This document shows positions 12,729 to 25,804 of a DNA stretch of 64,000 bases, piece by piece (within the stretch, counting starts at the first letter, position 1; each line of letters opens with the position of its first letter). The notes under the pieces were generated by a model that saw only the letters and a program-made list of their open reading frames with translations, had not been told where the DNA came from and made no database searches. Location: contig NW_024704743.1 in the NCBI RefSeq assembly GCF_018977255.1, forward strand, positions 36,272,001 to 36,336,000, written 5' to 3'. A program made the position numbers and the translations under genes. This stretch comes from Callorhinchus milii. Taxonomy: Eukaryota.

Positions 12729-13706
12729 GTAATGATCACATCCAGTATCACATCTCCAAGTAAGGGCCCTGTAAAGTATTAAAGTTTCTTGTAAGAGTAA
12801 CATATAATTTATCTGACCTGCAAGTAAGGCACACGTGACATCTCCACACAAGCTCTATTTCATATCTGATTGGACAGCTTGCTGGACTGAGTACAGAGTT
12901 TTTGAAGAACACTGTGCAGTGATTTAGGTTCAGTTCATGTGCAAGATTTGGTTTTCTTTTAAAATCATAATTTGACAAAGTTTTGATTGCATGTAATCAC
13001 ATTTTTGTTGGTAAGATGTTTCATTTTGAATTTTTAATGAAAATCTCATGAAAATCATTATTTATCCCTATATTATTAATTTCCATATATTAGTGTTAAT
13101 CCTCTACTCTATACTGACCTAGTTTAATATAGAGGAACCCTGTCTTAGTGCCCTTCGATGAAATGCCGTCTTGATTTGTATGCCATGAACCTGCACTAAC
13201 CCAAAGTGTGACACACCCCACTTTCAGCGCTGACTCTCAGATTTCCCGCTTTAAAAAATGAACCAACTTCCGGGTTGTTGCATAGTTTACAGATGTAGTG
13301 TGTGTGACACACATCTGTGCTATGTACAAGAAGTGGCACTGATGTCACTTTGCAAAGCAAGTGACATCAGCACTGCTTCCTGCCCATAGAACACATGTGG
13401 AGCGTCAACCTACAGTAATCAATCTAAGAGCCTTAGACAATAAGGCCAAATTGTTTGTCCTGCATTGTTTTTATTGTGAAGTAAAGAATAAAATCCCTAA
13501 ACAGTATTCACAGTCACATAGTAGTATGTACAGCTAACAGCCTGTGTGGCTGGAAAGTAAAAGTGAACAAAAGAAACAGTAGGAATATGGATTGGCGTTC
13601 AGTTTCTTTACCGGAGTTTTGGGTGTTGATTCTTTAATCTCCTTCCCTTCAAATTGTGCCCACTTTCTCTCTCTCTTTCTCTCTCAAATGATTATGTATT
13701 TGCTAG

Positions 13707-13808
13707 GTTTCAGATATCGAACGCAGGATCTCTGCCCTGAATGTAGCAGGGTTGAATGTGGCTCCCTGTGTACGATTGCTGAAGAAACACAATCAATCTG
13801 GCATGAAG
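13707..13808 (+). CDS. MYRIP: MYRIP coding exon, 34 codons
   Basis: gctag|GTT to AAG|gtaaga; VSDIERRISALNVAGLNVAPCVRLLKKHNQSGMK versus MYRIP ISDIESRISALTIAGLNIAPCVRF. Confidence 0.95.
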
Positions 13809-13913
13809 GTAAGAGAACAAGCCATTTTCTAGTTTGGACATTGAGAATTTTAGAATCAATGTGCTATCCACCCAGTGCCTTGATTGTGAGAGTCTCTCTT
13901 TTGTCTGATTTAG

Positions 13914-13974
13914 CCAGAGACCATTGACTCTTCGAGGCAACAAAGAAGAAAGCTTCCAGCACCACCGAAGCAAG
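13914..13974 (+). CDS. MYRIP: MYRIP coding exon, 61 nt, ends in phase 1
   Basis: tttag|CCA to CAAG|gtactc; PETIDSSRQQRRKLPAPPKQ versus MYRIP QTIDTSRQQRRKLPAPPVK. Confidence 0.94.
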
Positions 13975-16136
13975 GTACTCAGTATGAGAAAAAAAATACT
14001 TCCAAATTGAGTTTAAATTTAAGACCATTGTCTAAAATTCCACTAGCCTTGAGCCTAAGAACATTAGAGATTTAACATGAAAGTTTTCAGGCTTCCAATT
14101 GTCAGTCTTCAGTTCCGACACAGGATTCTTGTAATAATGTACCTGGGTCTTAAACTGGGGGTATTTTATAACAGAAGGAACAAACCCAAATTAAAAATTG
14201 CTCAGGTTAGAAAAACTCTTGGATTGTACGTTGAAGTGTTCCTGTTGCAATGTGTACAGGGTCATTTGGATTTGCCTCTCTCTTGTGCTACAGCATTGCA
14301 ATATTCAGAGCTAACTCTATCCAACAGCAGTTAGAGCCTCTAGAATTTGTTTTGGAGTTTGCAGATGAATCGTGAACTTTTATTTCCCATTAAGACTTGC
14401 GGTCATCCTGACTTTCACCACAGCAGCTCTGATGGGATTTGAATCTGAGCCAAACAGCACTCACTCTTCTCATTTGTGCTTTTTATTTTTGTTAAATACA
14501 GTTGCCCACCAGTCAGTGACCTTTCTCCTGAGTGCCCTGTCATACAATCAGCAATCGGACACCACTTTAATGAGGCAGAAACCAAACAGTAAAAGTATAC
14601 TCCTGATAACATGGCGCCTCAATGCAGCTAAACTACAAATCTACCATAAAGAATAATAGAACACTGTTTGCTTTTTGGATGCAGAAAGTTCTGCATTATT
14701 GAATATTTTGGTTAAAAAGACTGAAATGTATTGTCAGTATCAGTCAAACATTGTTTAAAAATAGAGCTGTCTGCAACAAAGTACAGTGAAGTTTTCTTGA
14801 CACTAATATCTCACTTTTGTAAATGGAACTTCAATGATTAATGAAACACTCCAGTATGTTCTAAGTAGTGTTCTTAACCTTAACAATTAGTGAAGCTGCT
14901 TTTTACAACATTACACATTGACTTCCAAGTTGCTATTAAAAGTGGGACACCTTTCATTAGTTGCCATTTCAAGATTATTTCTCATATGACTAATGACTTC
15001 TTTACCCAGTTAGTCGTTTTACTGCAAGGATGGCATCTTTTGTCAGACTATCTCGGCTGTATTTGTTAGGGCTTGCATGCTTCATAATTCTTTTGGGTGA
15101 AAAACCTTTGGTTGAGCTTTAGCAACTAAGATAATTGAGCCTGCAAAATTCTTAATAAACTTTCTTGTAAAGCAGAACATTTTGTTTTGATGGGAAAATA
15201 CACAAAATACAGTCAATCCACTTTACAGTATATTCTGTGAAGCACTTTGAGACTTCTCAGTGACGTGATACGGCGCTATATCAAATGCAAAGATTATTAT
15301 TATTAAAGGTGCAATTTCCTCATGCCAAATTTGAATCTTTCCTATTAGTTGCTTGATGTTATACAGTACACTACAAATTTACATTTGTACAGTGCCTTTC
15401 ACATCAAAAGGACATCCCAAGCTGCTTAATGAATTTGCTTAATTATCTCCTGAAAATTATGGGGCTGTATTGATTTTTGGGCAGATCTGTCTTATATTCT
15501 ATTAGAAATCTAGAGAACAGAACTTGGGACTGTTAAAAAGCCTCAAACAGGACTAGAGATGAGAGAAATATTTTTTTGCCATATTGAAGTGGAAATTATG
15601 GAACAGGCTTCCACGAAAGTAGCGGATGTTCTGCCAATTTACTTATTGATAAAGGCCTAAATAAATATCTCCTTGGGAACAGTATAGTCAAACAGCAACC
15701 TGAATCCTCATCACCAGGGTTTAATTTGCAATATTTTTGAAACAGCATTACTTAGTAATCCAAGTTGTACAAACAGGCATTACTTACGGTAATTCAAAAT
15801 ACATTACACTAACATGTAGGCTCTGGCATGATCGACTACTAGAGCAGAATCCCATCAGTCAATGAGATTTATTATTAAGGCATCAAATTAGACCCCAATC
15901 TATTTGTTTTAAGCCTATAGCAGGTCAGCCATAAATCTCAATGGAAATGGTATACTGACAATACCATTTACAAAGTATAATTGATGATATTGGGGTGATC
16001 ACTTGAATTTTTTGCCGAATAACGTGTGATCTCTAGAACTATAACCTTTGCCTTCTCTATTCCACATTTCAGAAGAGGCCATTTACATTGACACAAACAC
16101 TTTGATGTGTATTTTGTATTTGTTTAAATTTCACAG

Positions 16137-16258
16137 GAGACGTGGTTAACAATGTTCCTGTCGTATCCATCAGGACATTCCACAGGAATGGCATGTTCCA
16201 AGAAGCTCCTCCACCACAAATGCCGAAGGGAGATGCAAGCACTGTTACTAATCCAGCA
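16137..16258 (+). CDS. MYRIP: MYRIP penultimate coding exon, 122 nt, phase 1/0
   Basis: tcacag|GA to GCA|gtaagc, frame-compatible with the previous exon; GDVVNNVPVVSIRTFHRNGMFQ resembles MYRIP VTTIKTFNHNFILQ. Confidence 0.82.
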
Positions 16259-17419
16259 GTAAGCTTTTCCAGTTCTTGCAATCTACTGTTACTGAGCATG
16301 TGAAGCATTGGCAGATTCTGCATGTGCTGTACTGGGGCATTGTACCTCATAGATTTGCTCCATGTTTCAACTCTGTTTCTCAGTATGGCACTACTCACAG
16401 AAGAAGCACACTTAGACTTTGACTTGAATCTCAGTCGCTGCTGCCACCTGAAGCACTAACTTGTTTCTTTGGTCTTTTTTGAGGAAACATTTTAATGCTT
16501 TAATAGATGGACGGTAGGGTGGGTATTCTGCAGAAATGAGATTGCATGAGCTGAAAGCCCTTCTTCATTCAAAACGCTGTTGATACTTTTAAGCATTGGG
16601 AAAAAATGACTTTCCAACCCAAAAATCAGTGGAGAATTCTGGTTTACCATTAACATGCTGCAGAGAATGACCAGCTTCTATTTGTTGTTTGTCCTGAAAT
16701 GTTTAAGTATCCATTCTACTCTTAAATCAGTATTTAGTGAAGCAGTGTACTTGTGCCTGGGAATAATGGCAGCCCCACTCCTGCATGATTAACAAATAGG
16801 TACCAATACTAAATCATCAGTACCAATGGATGAACCAGTCCTCCTCATTTGGGGTAGGGGTGTAAAATCAGTTTTTAATGATGCATTTTAATTACATTTT
16901 CTTTCTCTCCATTTGAGAATTATCTCATCGCATAGCATTTTATTTTGGTCAGCTGGGTGTCTGACACATGCGGAAACCCATCACCATGCTTAAGAGTATC
17001 CAAACCAAGCTGAAGTTTCCATGCATCCCACCTACACATGGAAATCCCAGAGATATATTGTTGGAATGAAATGCGCACTCTCTCCCTGGAAGCATGCATC
17101 CTGCTTACCTAATTCCGGAAAGTACTGGGCGCAGGTTGGCAAGAGCTAAGGCTTGGGGACCCCAAAGTGTGCTTTGGGGTACTTAGCATATCACACAGCA
17201 TCTTCCCCTGACAAGTAGCTGTAATCTCCATTTAGTTTATGTTAATGTTACAAATGATGTCTAAAAGAAGTAATGATATTCCTGCATCACAACCTCTGCC
17301 AAACCAATACAAACAATTGAGAATGAGCCCACCAGTAGTGATCTGCATAATCCTATGTTGGTAAATGAAATCTGGGTCTGCTATAAATGTGAAAAACAAT
17401 TTAAAACCAGTGCATATCT

Positions 17420-17732
17420 GGGGAGTGCTATATTGTTGGAGGTGCCATCCTTGGGTTAGTCATTAAAATGAGATCCTATATGCCTGTTCAGGTGTACATC
17501 AAAGATCCCATGGTATTATTGCAAAAGAGAAGCAAGTTTGTCCCAGTGTCCTGGCCAACAATCTCCCAGATAAATTAATCATTCACTTCATGGCTGTTTG
17601 GGACATTGCTGTGCACAAAATTGGCTGCTGCGTTCACCTACAAATATAGTTCGCCTACACTTTACAGTAAATTCTGTGAAGCATGTCAAGAAGTTTCAAC
17701 ATTATTGGTGCTCTAACAAATACAAGGATTAT
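17420..17732 (+). mobile_element. Deu-domain SINE relic; further relics at about 18716-18985 and 19240-19790
   Basis: ggtgccatcc...caggtgtacatcaaagatcccatgg...gtcctggccaac...ttggctgctgcgtt. Confidence 0.72.
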
Positions 17733-17774
17733 TAATAGTTTTATAACTCAGTGATTCTCTGTCCTGTGCTGCAG

Positions 17775-17792
17775 AAATCTGTGCTAAACTGA
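17775..17792 (+). CDS. MYRIP: Probable last MYRIP coding exon (KSVLN-stop), followed by the 3' UTR
   Basis: Acceptor ttctctgtcctgtgctgcag|AAA TCT GTG CTA AAC TGA in phase 0. Too short to confirm by homology. Confidence 0.55.
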   Translation, partial: KSVLN

Positions 17793-20700
17793 GAGCAGGA
17801 AGCCACTCTGCTGACAACTCACTGCCTGCGGCTGTACACTTGAGTGCCTTGATTCAACAGCCATGTTAAACCGTTCCCTGGGACGGGAGCCGGCCACTAC
17901 ACACAATCTCACAGCTGAGTAGACTCCAACCGGATACCTCCCCGGGTTCATTCTGTGACAATTCAGGATTGCACATTACTCTCAGTAAACTCTTTGCCTT
18001 AATTTCAAGAGACCATTAAGAGTGGTGGCGGGGTCTTCCCAGCATCGATCAGTATCATTTGAAAAGCACTTTTATTTGTTTACTGTACAAAACCATGTGG
18101 TCTTTATGTGCGTGATTTATCTCCGTTTGGTAGCACAAACTTGATGTCGTTCCAACTGAGGTTCTTTGTAAGAGATTTGTCAACTATGTTACCTCATGCA
18201 ACTGGAGAAAGGTTGTATTGGTGACAAAAGAACTTGGGGGTAAACTGCTCCTCCGCTGTGTTGTCAGGCACGGTCATTTCATCAGTGATTGGTCCTGAGA
18301 GCGATCACGTGAATCATTGAGTCTTTTATTTATTATAAAAATTATTTTTGGTGTGTACATTTATTTTTATATGCACCGAATTGTTTCTGTCATAAATATA
18401 GATTATATATATATATCCGCATATACATACCAAACTTGCCCATCCATCAAGCTTAATTTAAACTGGGATTTGAAAATTGAAAAGGGGGATGTTGTTTGTC
18501 GATTGTTTTTGAAACATAATCGTTTTGTGAAATGTTATAGGAGAATTGAGCAATCGCCTCACTTGTGGGGCCAAAGATCAGAATCATAGAATTGGACAAA
18601 AAAAAGACAAGGAAAACCTGTAAACGAGTTTCAGAAAGAAATGATGGAAGAGTAGGCATGAAAGAGCAGCAATTCCACAGCAGACACTTCAGCTCAATAT
18701 TTAGTCCCACTTTATTTTGAGATGTTAAACCAATCCTGTTCAGGTGGATGTTAAAGACTCAATTGCAATATTCTGAAAGAGAACGGCTTTTCTTCTTGTG
18801 CCCTGACCAAAAAATGCCTGGATAAAATTGGTCATTCACTTTATGGTTGTTTGTGGGCCACTCCTATGCATAAATAGGCTGCCATATTTCCAAAATTCAT
18901 AGTCTTTATAGGAAATCCTGTAAAACAGTCTGAACAACATAGTAAGGCACTATATTAAATGCAAGAATTATTATTCTTATTATTATCCAATCTACTGCTG
19001 GAAAGCTGCAATGAAATGACCAATTTTCCTTGTGCCAAACGTACCTTACAATTTTAGCGTACATGGGATTCCCTGCAGAAAATGCAGTTTATACCCTGAG
19101 GCTGCACCAATGCCTTCCTCAGAAGCACTTTTTCATCCCAAATGACTGAAACTGCAGCAATCACTAGACAGCACATGTACAGACTGAGCTAGCCACACAT
19201 GTTGATGAGGTGTCCGGTTGGCTTATTTGGAAGCATTCTCACCTCCATGTCAAAAGATTGCAAGTCTAGTACTTAGTCTAATACTTCAGTGCATTGTCAG
19301 AGGTGCCATATTTCAGATGAAATGTTAATGCAAAGTTCCATCTGCTTGTTCATACAGATAATATAGAACCCATGATACTATTTAAAAAGAGAAGGAGAGT
19401 TATCCTGGACAACAATTCTGCGATTAAAACTGATCACTCACTGCTGAAAACTATGGTTTAAGCAAAAGAATCAACATACAGTATTTATAAAGAAACTTTG
19501 ATGTATGCACAAGAGAGAAGGGAAAATAGGGGTATTGGAGTGGGATTAGGAGGGGTGGAGTATAAACACTGGCATTTGGTTGGACTGTATGCCTATTTCC
19601 ATGCTGTAGCATTTAGTCTTAATTCTATGTTATTCACTTCCTAGCTGCTTTTAGGCAAATTAGCTGCTGCATTTGCCTACAAATACACAATCTTGACTTT
19701 ACAGAAAACTCTGTGAAGCTCTTTGAGATGCTTCAATGCAATAAGGACTCATACCAAATACAAGGATCATAATTTATTATTATTTGGGATCTAAAAGCGC
19801 TTTACTGGCATCACCACCAAGTACCACTGACAAAATTGCCTCCTAAATAACCAGCATTTCCTCTGTGAATCCCTACATGTTACACATAGTTTTTGCTATA
19901 TCTTAATAGCAAAAGTTTTGTGGAACAAATGGCTTGTTAGAAAACTTGCAGTTGAATTGAACATTTAGTTGACAGCCAAACTAATTCATTTTATTTCTAT
20001 GCTTGCAAGACATCTCTAATATTTTTAGTTTGGGTGAAATTCTTGTTTAATATGTTCTACTGCACCTCATAGGAAAGCTGAACATTGATTTTGATAGAAA
20101 ACCCCAAAAAATCCTACTTTAATCCTAACAGAATGCCAAAAGGAAAGAGCAAATAATAGTCTCAAGTACGAGACCTAAGACTGTGTGAGACTTCACACAA
20201 ATATGTTTCTCACTGCTCAGAATTATGTGCCCTCTGATCCCAGCTTTGCAAGATCTCATAGTCTCCTTCACTTACCACTAACAAACAAAGCTGGCAAAGG
20301 CTATTCTTCCTGCTGCTAATTACTGATGTGTTAGTGATGCATTGATATTTTTGAACTCAATGTTGGTTATTAAGGATGATTGTGTTCTGACGTGAATTAT
20401 TGTGACAGGTATAACGGTTGCTCCTAAATAAAATGGATTACAAACTGCACACTGCATATATGTCCCGGAGGGTACATTAGGTCAGATGGTCAGACCTCAT
20501 GGGCAATTTCTGCCGATGATAGCTGCATCATTTACATGTGATGCTGTCCTCTTTCTTAAAGAGGAAGGGTATGGGGGGCAAGAGGGAATTGATCATCACT
20601 GGTGTCTTACAGTTAAAAACAAATCTGTAAGAAAGAAATTGACACGATCATCACTGAAAGCACAGAAGTCATGATATTGTACAGGATATACTAAGGGGCT

Positions 20701-21154
20701 GGGAGATTTCTATTTTGTAAATGATTATAAACTGAATTAACAAGCGATTGTTAGTAAAGATAAGTTTGAATGTAATGGAAGAAGTATAAGGAGTTTCTAT
20801 GTCAATTTTGTTTTGCTTAGTTCTGACAAACAGAACCCTCTGATCAATGATGTAGCCTGAGCTATCATGTGGTCATTTTATCTACTTGGGTGTTAATACA
20901 TTTCAAATGCAATCCACTGAATGAAGCACGGCATTGAGATATATCTTACGTTGCTCGTGATGTTTTTTCTGGAGATTTAAAAAATAGAAAACATTAAAAA
21001 AAAGTTCATCCCATGTACTAAAGTATCTGTGAATGTTGAAGGAATGCCATACTATCTGTGAGAAGAGATGTTTTAATAATGTGCCATATATTTCTAATCA
21101 AAGTCTGTATCAATAATCAAGTATTGTAACATGTTTTAAAAAATGGGCTCAGAA

Positions 21155-21160
21155 AATAAA
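21155..21160 (+). terminator. Candidate MYRIP polyadenylation signal
   Basis: AATAAA at the end of an AT-rich UTR-like stretch, followed by a GT/T-rich element (ctttgtgtttttggt). Confidence 0.5.
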
Positions 21161-22743
21161 AGTGGATGTACATACAGTTTGCTATCTTTGTGTTTTTGGT
21201 CATTTTTCCCTCCCAGGGTCCCTCCTCTTTATCTTTAAAGTCCACCTTAAGACTTTTAAGTTTTTGACTATCGTTTCAGTAACCTTTTTCCCCCTCCCCA
21301 CCCTGCTCAGCTCCCTTCTCACCAGCGCAGTCTTCCAGTCAGTAATCCTGCAGTCCTTTTTTCCTCTTCGGTGTTAATGGATTGGTAATTGGTTGGGAGG
21401 CAGGAAACAGAGTGCGGAGAACTCTGAAATCCAATCCCTGTTGAAACTGGTTCTCCAGGTGGTCTCAGCAGAGGAGCTCCACCATGGTTTACTGCCACAT
21501 TGTGCAGATCAACCGAGATTGATGGTGTACTTTTCATGGTTTCCACTGTTTTCAGAGTAAATACAGTGAAAGAAAATTTCTAGCAAGGAGAACTGCTGGT
21601 CTAAGTTAGACCACAGTTGACATCTAGGTAAAATAGAGCTTCTTTGTTCCCAAGGTGTATACTGTACACTTCTCCATCTTTACATGTGGGAATGAGGGTT
21701 ATTTTAAGGCTTTGGGAAGAGAACAGACTCTGAGATTTGGTGGGTTCCTTTATGGAAATCTTCATTATGAAGAACTTCCCGTCTTTAGTTTTTAACCCCA
21801 CCTGTAGTCCTGTATTCACTGCCTATTACACTACAGCAACACTGTTCAGAATCAATCCAAAAGAGGCAGAAGATGAACATTGTTGATCCTTGTTGTTGTT
21901 TAATTACATATTTTTCCTGTAGGTTTGTCTCTTCTAGTTGTTTTTATGGCAGACCAGTTACTGGGGGCAGGGAGTCATCCCATCAGCTCCTGTTAACTCT
22001 TCAAGCCAAAGCCCTAACCGGTAAGGTGGTCCTAGCTGGACAAGCAGCGGGAAAACTTGCCAGACAAAACTCTTCCTCCTCCTGTGATACGATTTAACTC
22101 ACTTTTCTTTTTACAGAGACACAGTTACACGTGCACCAGGCATCTTCCTTGAACAGCGATCTGTTCAAGTGACCGTTATTTATGTGTGAGTGCTGACAGT
22201 GAGTGCTGGCAGGCTATCACTCCACAAATCACTTCACTCCCTAGCATCTCCCTACCTCTACTACTTGTTTACACCCCACTCCTATACCCTCCCCCTCAAC
22301 TGGCTCCGGCCTCCTGCACATCCCTATTCACCTATGTTTCACCATCAGTGGCCATGCTTTTAGCTACTATGTCCCCAAACTATGGAACTCTTTACTTCAA
22401 TCCTTCCACATTGCCCCCTCCTTGCCCATCTTCAGATCTCACCTGAAGACCTTCCTCTTCGACCGTTTCCATGATCATTTCCCCATTCTCCCCGACTCGG
22501 CATCAAACTTCACCACTGTTAAGTGCTATGAGATGTTACCCGTGTGAAAAGTTCTATATAAATGTTTGACCAGCCACAGCATGTCCACACCCAAAATCTA
22601 TTCATTTGCACCTTCCAGAAAATGTGACTGAATAGAGATCAGAGGGCTAAATTTCTACATAGTCCTATTCTGTAAAATTTAAAATAGTGTAGAATTGGGG
22701 AAAATTCTTAGATTGAATATTATAGAGTCCTAATAATATTTGT

Positions 22744-23350
22744 GGAGTCCTGTAGCTTAGTGGTTAGAGCATTCGCCTCACTAGCAAGAGGACTTGGGCT
22801 TGATTCCTGGGTGGGGCGAAACCTTAGGCAAGTTTCCTTACAACAACAACAACTTGGATTTATATAGCGCCCTCCACGCCGGACGGCGTCTCAGAGCGCT
22901 TCACAGTAACGGATCCCGGGGCTGAGCCAGGGGGAGGGGGAGGAAGTTGACCAAAGGCGCGGTCGAAGAGAAAGGTCTTCAACAGATACCTGAAAATAGG
23001 AAGAGAAGGAGCTCCACATGCCTCTGTTTACCGAGCAGTAAGTAGGGACCTGGCAGATCACTTTCTGGGGGTATTAATCCCTTCATAAATAAACAAATAA
23101 ATAAAATAACAATTTGGTCACTCAATCCACGACTGTTTGTGGGACACTGCTATGTGCAATAGGCTGCTGTCTTTCGCCCACAAAATATACAGTCAATTCA
23201 TTTTATAGTATATTGACTGTATGCGCTCCGGGAAGCTACCCTGTGTGAAGGGTGCTATATAAATGCAAGTTGTTGTATATTCTGTGAAGCGCTTTGAGAC
23301 TTCTCGATGACGTGTTAAGATACTATATCAAGTGCAAGGATTATTATAAT
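22744..23350 (+). mobile_element. Long-variant tRNA-Ala SINE with a nested antisense L2 3' end (about 22842-23010)
   Basis: SINE sequence gtttcctta|...|ctccaca is split by a (CAA)n-tailed L2 end that matches 58555-58720. Confidence 0.85.
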
Positions 23351-25613
23351 TATTAAGGATTATTATTAGTATTTTGGAAGGCCATATATTTTAAGAACTG
23401 CAGAAAATCAGCTTCCAAATTAAGGCTGTATTTAAGAATTTTCCGCAATCTTATTTTTAGAGAAATTTTAAGAGAAAATGGTCTAACTGGGTAAAACTAG
23501 AGGGATTATAAGCTACTGGAAAAGAATCCTGGTTTTCTCTGAGGGGAGGGAGTCTAAGCAGGGCTGAATTGCTCCGAAGTGCTGTGCAATAGGACATCAG
23601 AATCAATTTGACCATCTCTGGTGCTTCAGTAGTCCGACTCCTGAGCCAGGAGGGTCCACACTATTCAGTGTACTTTTGACAGATCAGCAAGCCTGGCTCA
23701 TCGGCAGGACTTGGAGGGGCAGACCAGCTACTGGGGACAGATATTCTTCCCACTCATTTCCCGTTAACTCTCTAAGCCAAAGCTCTTACAGGTTGTAGGG
23801 ACAAGCAGTGGGAAGCTTGCCAGACAGTGCTCCCTCAATGGTAAGCAGTTTTAGTTGGTTAAACTGCAGCATTGCATACCCTGGAGTCTCTAAGCCTTGA
23901 CTCTTAATACTGTGCAATTACTGACAATGTTTTGCCGCATTTCGCCCACAAATATACAGTCAATTCACTTTACAGTATATTCTGTGAAGCGCTTTGAGAC
24001 GACTAGAAGAAGTGAAAAGCGTTATATCAAATGCAAGGATTATTATTATTATTATTATGTTCTTCAGTACACAATGTTACACTGAAAATCCCCAACGATG
24101 ATAGAATACAACAAACAACTACATTTAAAAATGCACTTTAGATAGATTTATATTTAAAAGCTTGCTGTGTAACAGAAAGGAAAAGATGCACAAATAGCAA
24201 GAAGGCAAACAAATACTTTTCCATTCATCAAGACAGAAAAACATCAGCATTTGAGTATTTCTGATTTACATATCGGTGTTACATTCAAAGTACCGTATAT
24301 TTAATGTTTCAACTTCCAGCATGTGCTGCTAGTCAGTCCAAGGGTTCAATGCATGAATGGGCAAGAAAGGCAATAGCCCCATATTTGTACAGAACAAGCA
24401 CAAATATTATTTCAATAATATTTTATTTTAAAGGACATTAGTGTATTAGTGTTTAACTGTTGTGCTTAAGTCTTCTTCAAGTCAATTCTTCTGAAGCAAA
24501 GTGAAAAAGTTCATCTATTTTCACATTTGATTGTTAAACATCCTTTGGATTTTGTCATAATATTTAGAATAAAGAAATATTTGGTGTAGAAACTCCTTTG
24601 CGCCATTGAATGACAGTGGTTTACTTAACGACTGCTTTGGGAAGTGTGCCGATAATATTGTGCTGACTTTTTTTTGTGATGGCTGCACATTATCTTTCAG
24701 AATTCCTCTGAGCCCAACTTTAAGGTGACAGTCTTTATTTTGCTTATATTGACTTGTCAGCAGGATTAAAGGCTTGATTTGAAGCTATGGCATAAAGACA
24801 CTAGTTGTACACTGAACAGTCATTGCAGTACACGAAGGAGCATACAGATTGTGAGCTTAAGGGAGCATTTTAAATGCAGGATATACTTTATAGAATTGAA
24901 ATGAAAGAAACCACTATAGAAAATACAAAGGTTTTGATTAGCACTGGCAGAGGCGGCATCTTATTGTAGCTGACCTTCAGGGTCCAGTGTCTTAATGATC
25001 AGGGGGGGTGAACCTTTTCCTGTTTGTCCACATTCACATGACACATTACATAAATTTTGCAAATGCAAATGTTCAAAACTATTTACGAAGCTAATGCCCC
25101 TTCAATTGACTTTAAAGGCCTTGCTGTATTTCTCATAGGGCACTGAATAATGTGTTAATATATAAAATTAACAGTAATTTGGGAATGCCTTTTAAAGTGC
25201 TGCTACAAGCTTTATGAGATGCCTTTAAAATAAATTGTTACTCGCCTTCAATGTTTTTGAAAAATGAATGGATAAGTCCACAATTAAATCTGGTTTTGAC
25301 AACTCTGTGAGATTTCCTTTTTGTTTATTTAATATGGTTTGGATATTAATGTTTGTTACAAAAGCATTAAAAAATAAAGTAAGATCTTTAAAGTAACACC
25401 AATGTTTTGGAAACACAATATTACATGTTTAAATTATTGAAATAGAATGCCATTAAGACACGAATAAGCAATCAGTGGTCATCACGTACTGTAATTAGAG
25501 ATCTGTTTTTTGATGTTACAAAGACCAAGTTGAGAAGCACATTGTCAAGTAGACAGATACAAAGAGTGAGGTAGGGAAGGAATCCTGCCTTTGCCTTTCA
25601 GATGCCGAGCGTG

Positions 25614-25804
25614 TCAGTAAGTGTCTTCCCCCCCTTGCTGCTGGTCAGAGTTGAATGCATCCTCTTCTCTCAAGGCACTCAGAATCCACTCCAGATTATT
25701 CACAGCCGGTCTCGGGCTCCTGTTGCTTTTCACCTGTCTTTTCCCAAACCGGCCTATTGGTCGCACTCCACGATCCACATACCAGAAAGGGTCAATTTCT
25801 GAAT
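25614..25804 (-). CDS. prlh2: Prolactin-releasing peptide 2 / C-RFamide precursor, last coding exon (mature RFamide, GKR, C-terminal peptide)
   Basis: Minus strand ttgcag|AT TCA GAA ATT GAC CCT TTC TGG... reads (N)SEIDPFWYVDRGVRPIGRF-GKR-QVKSNRSPRPAVNNLEWILSALREEDAFNSDQQQGGEDTY-stop. 17 of 20 residues match C-RFa SPEIDPFWYVGRGVRPIGRF. Confidence 0.96.
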
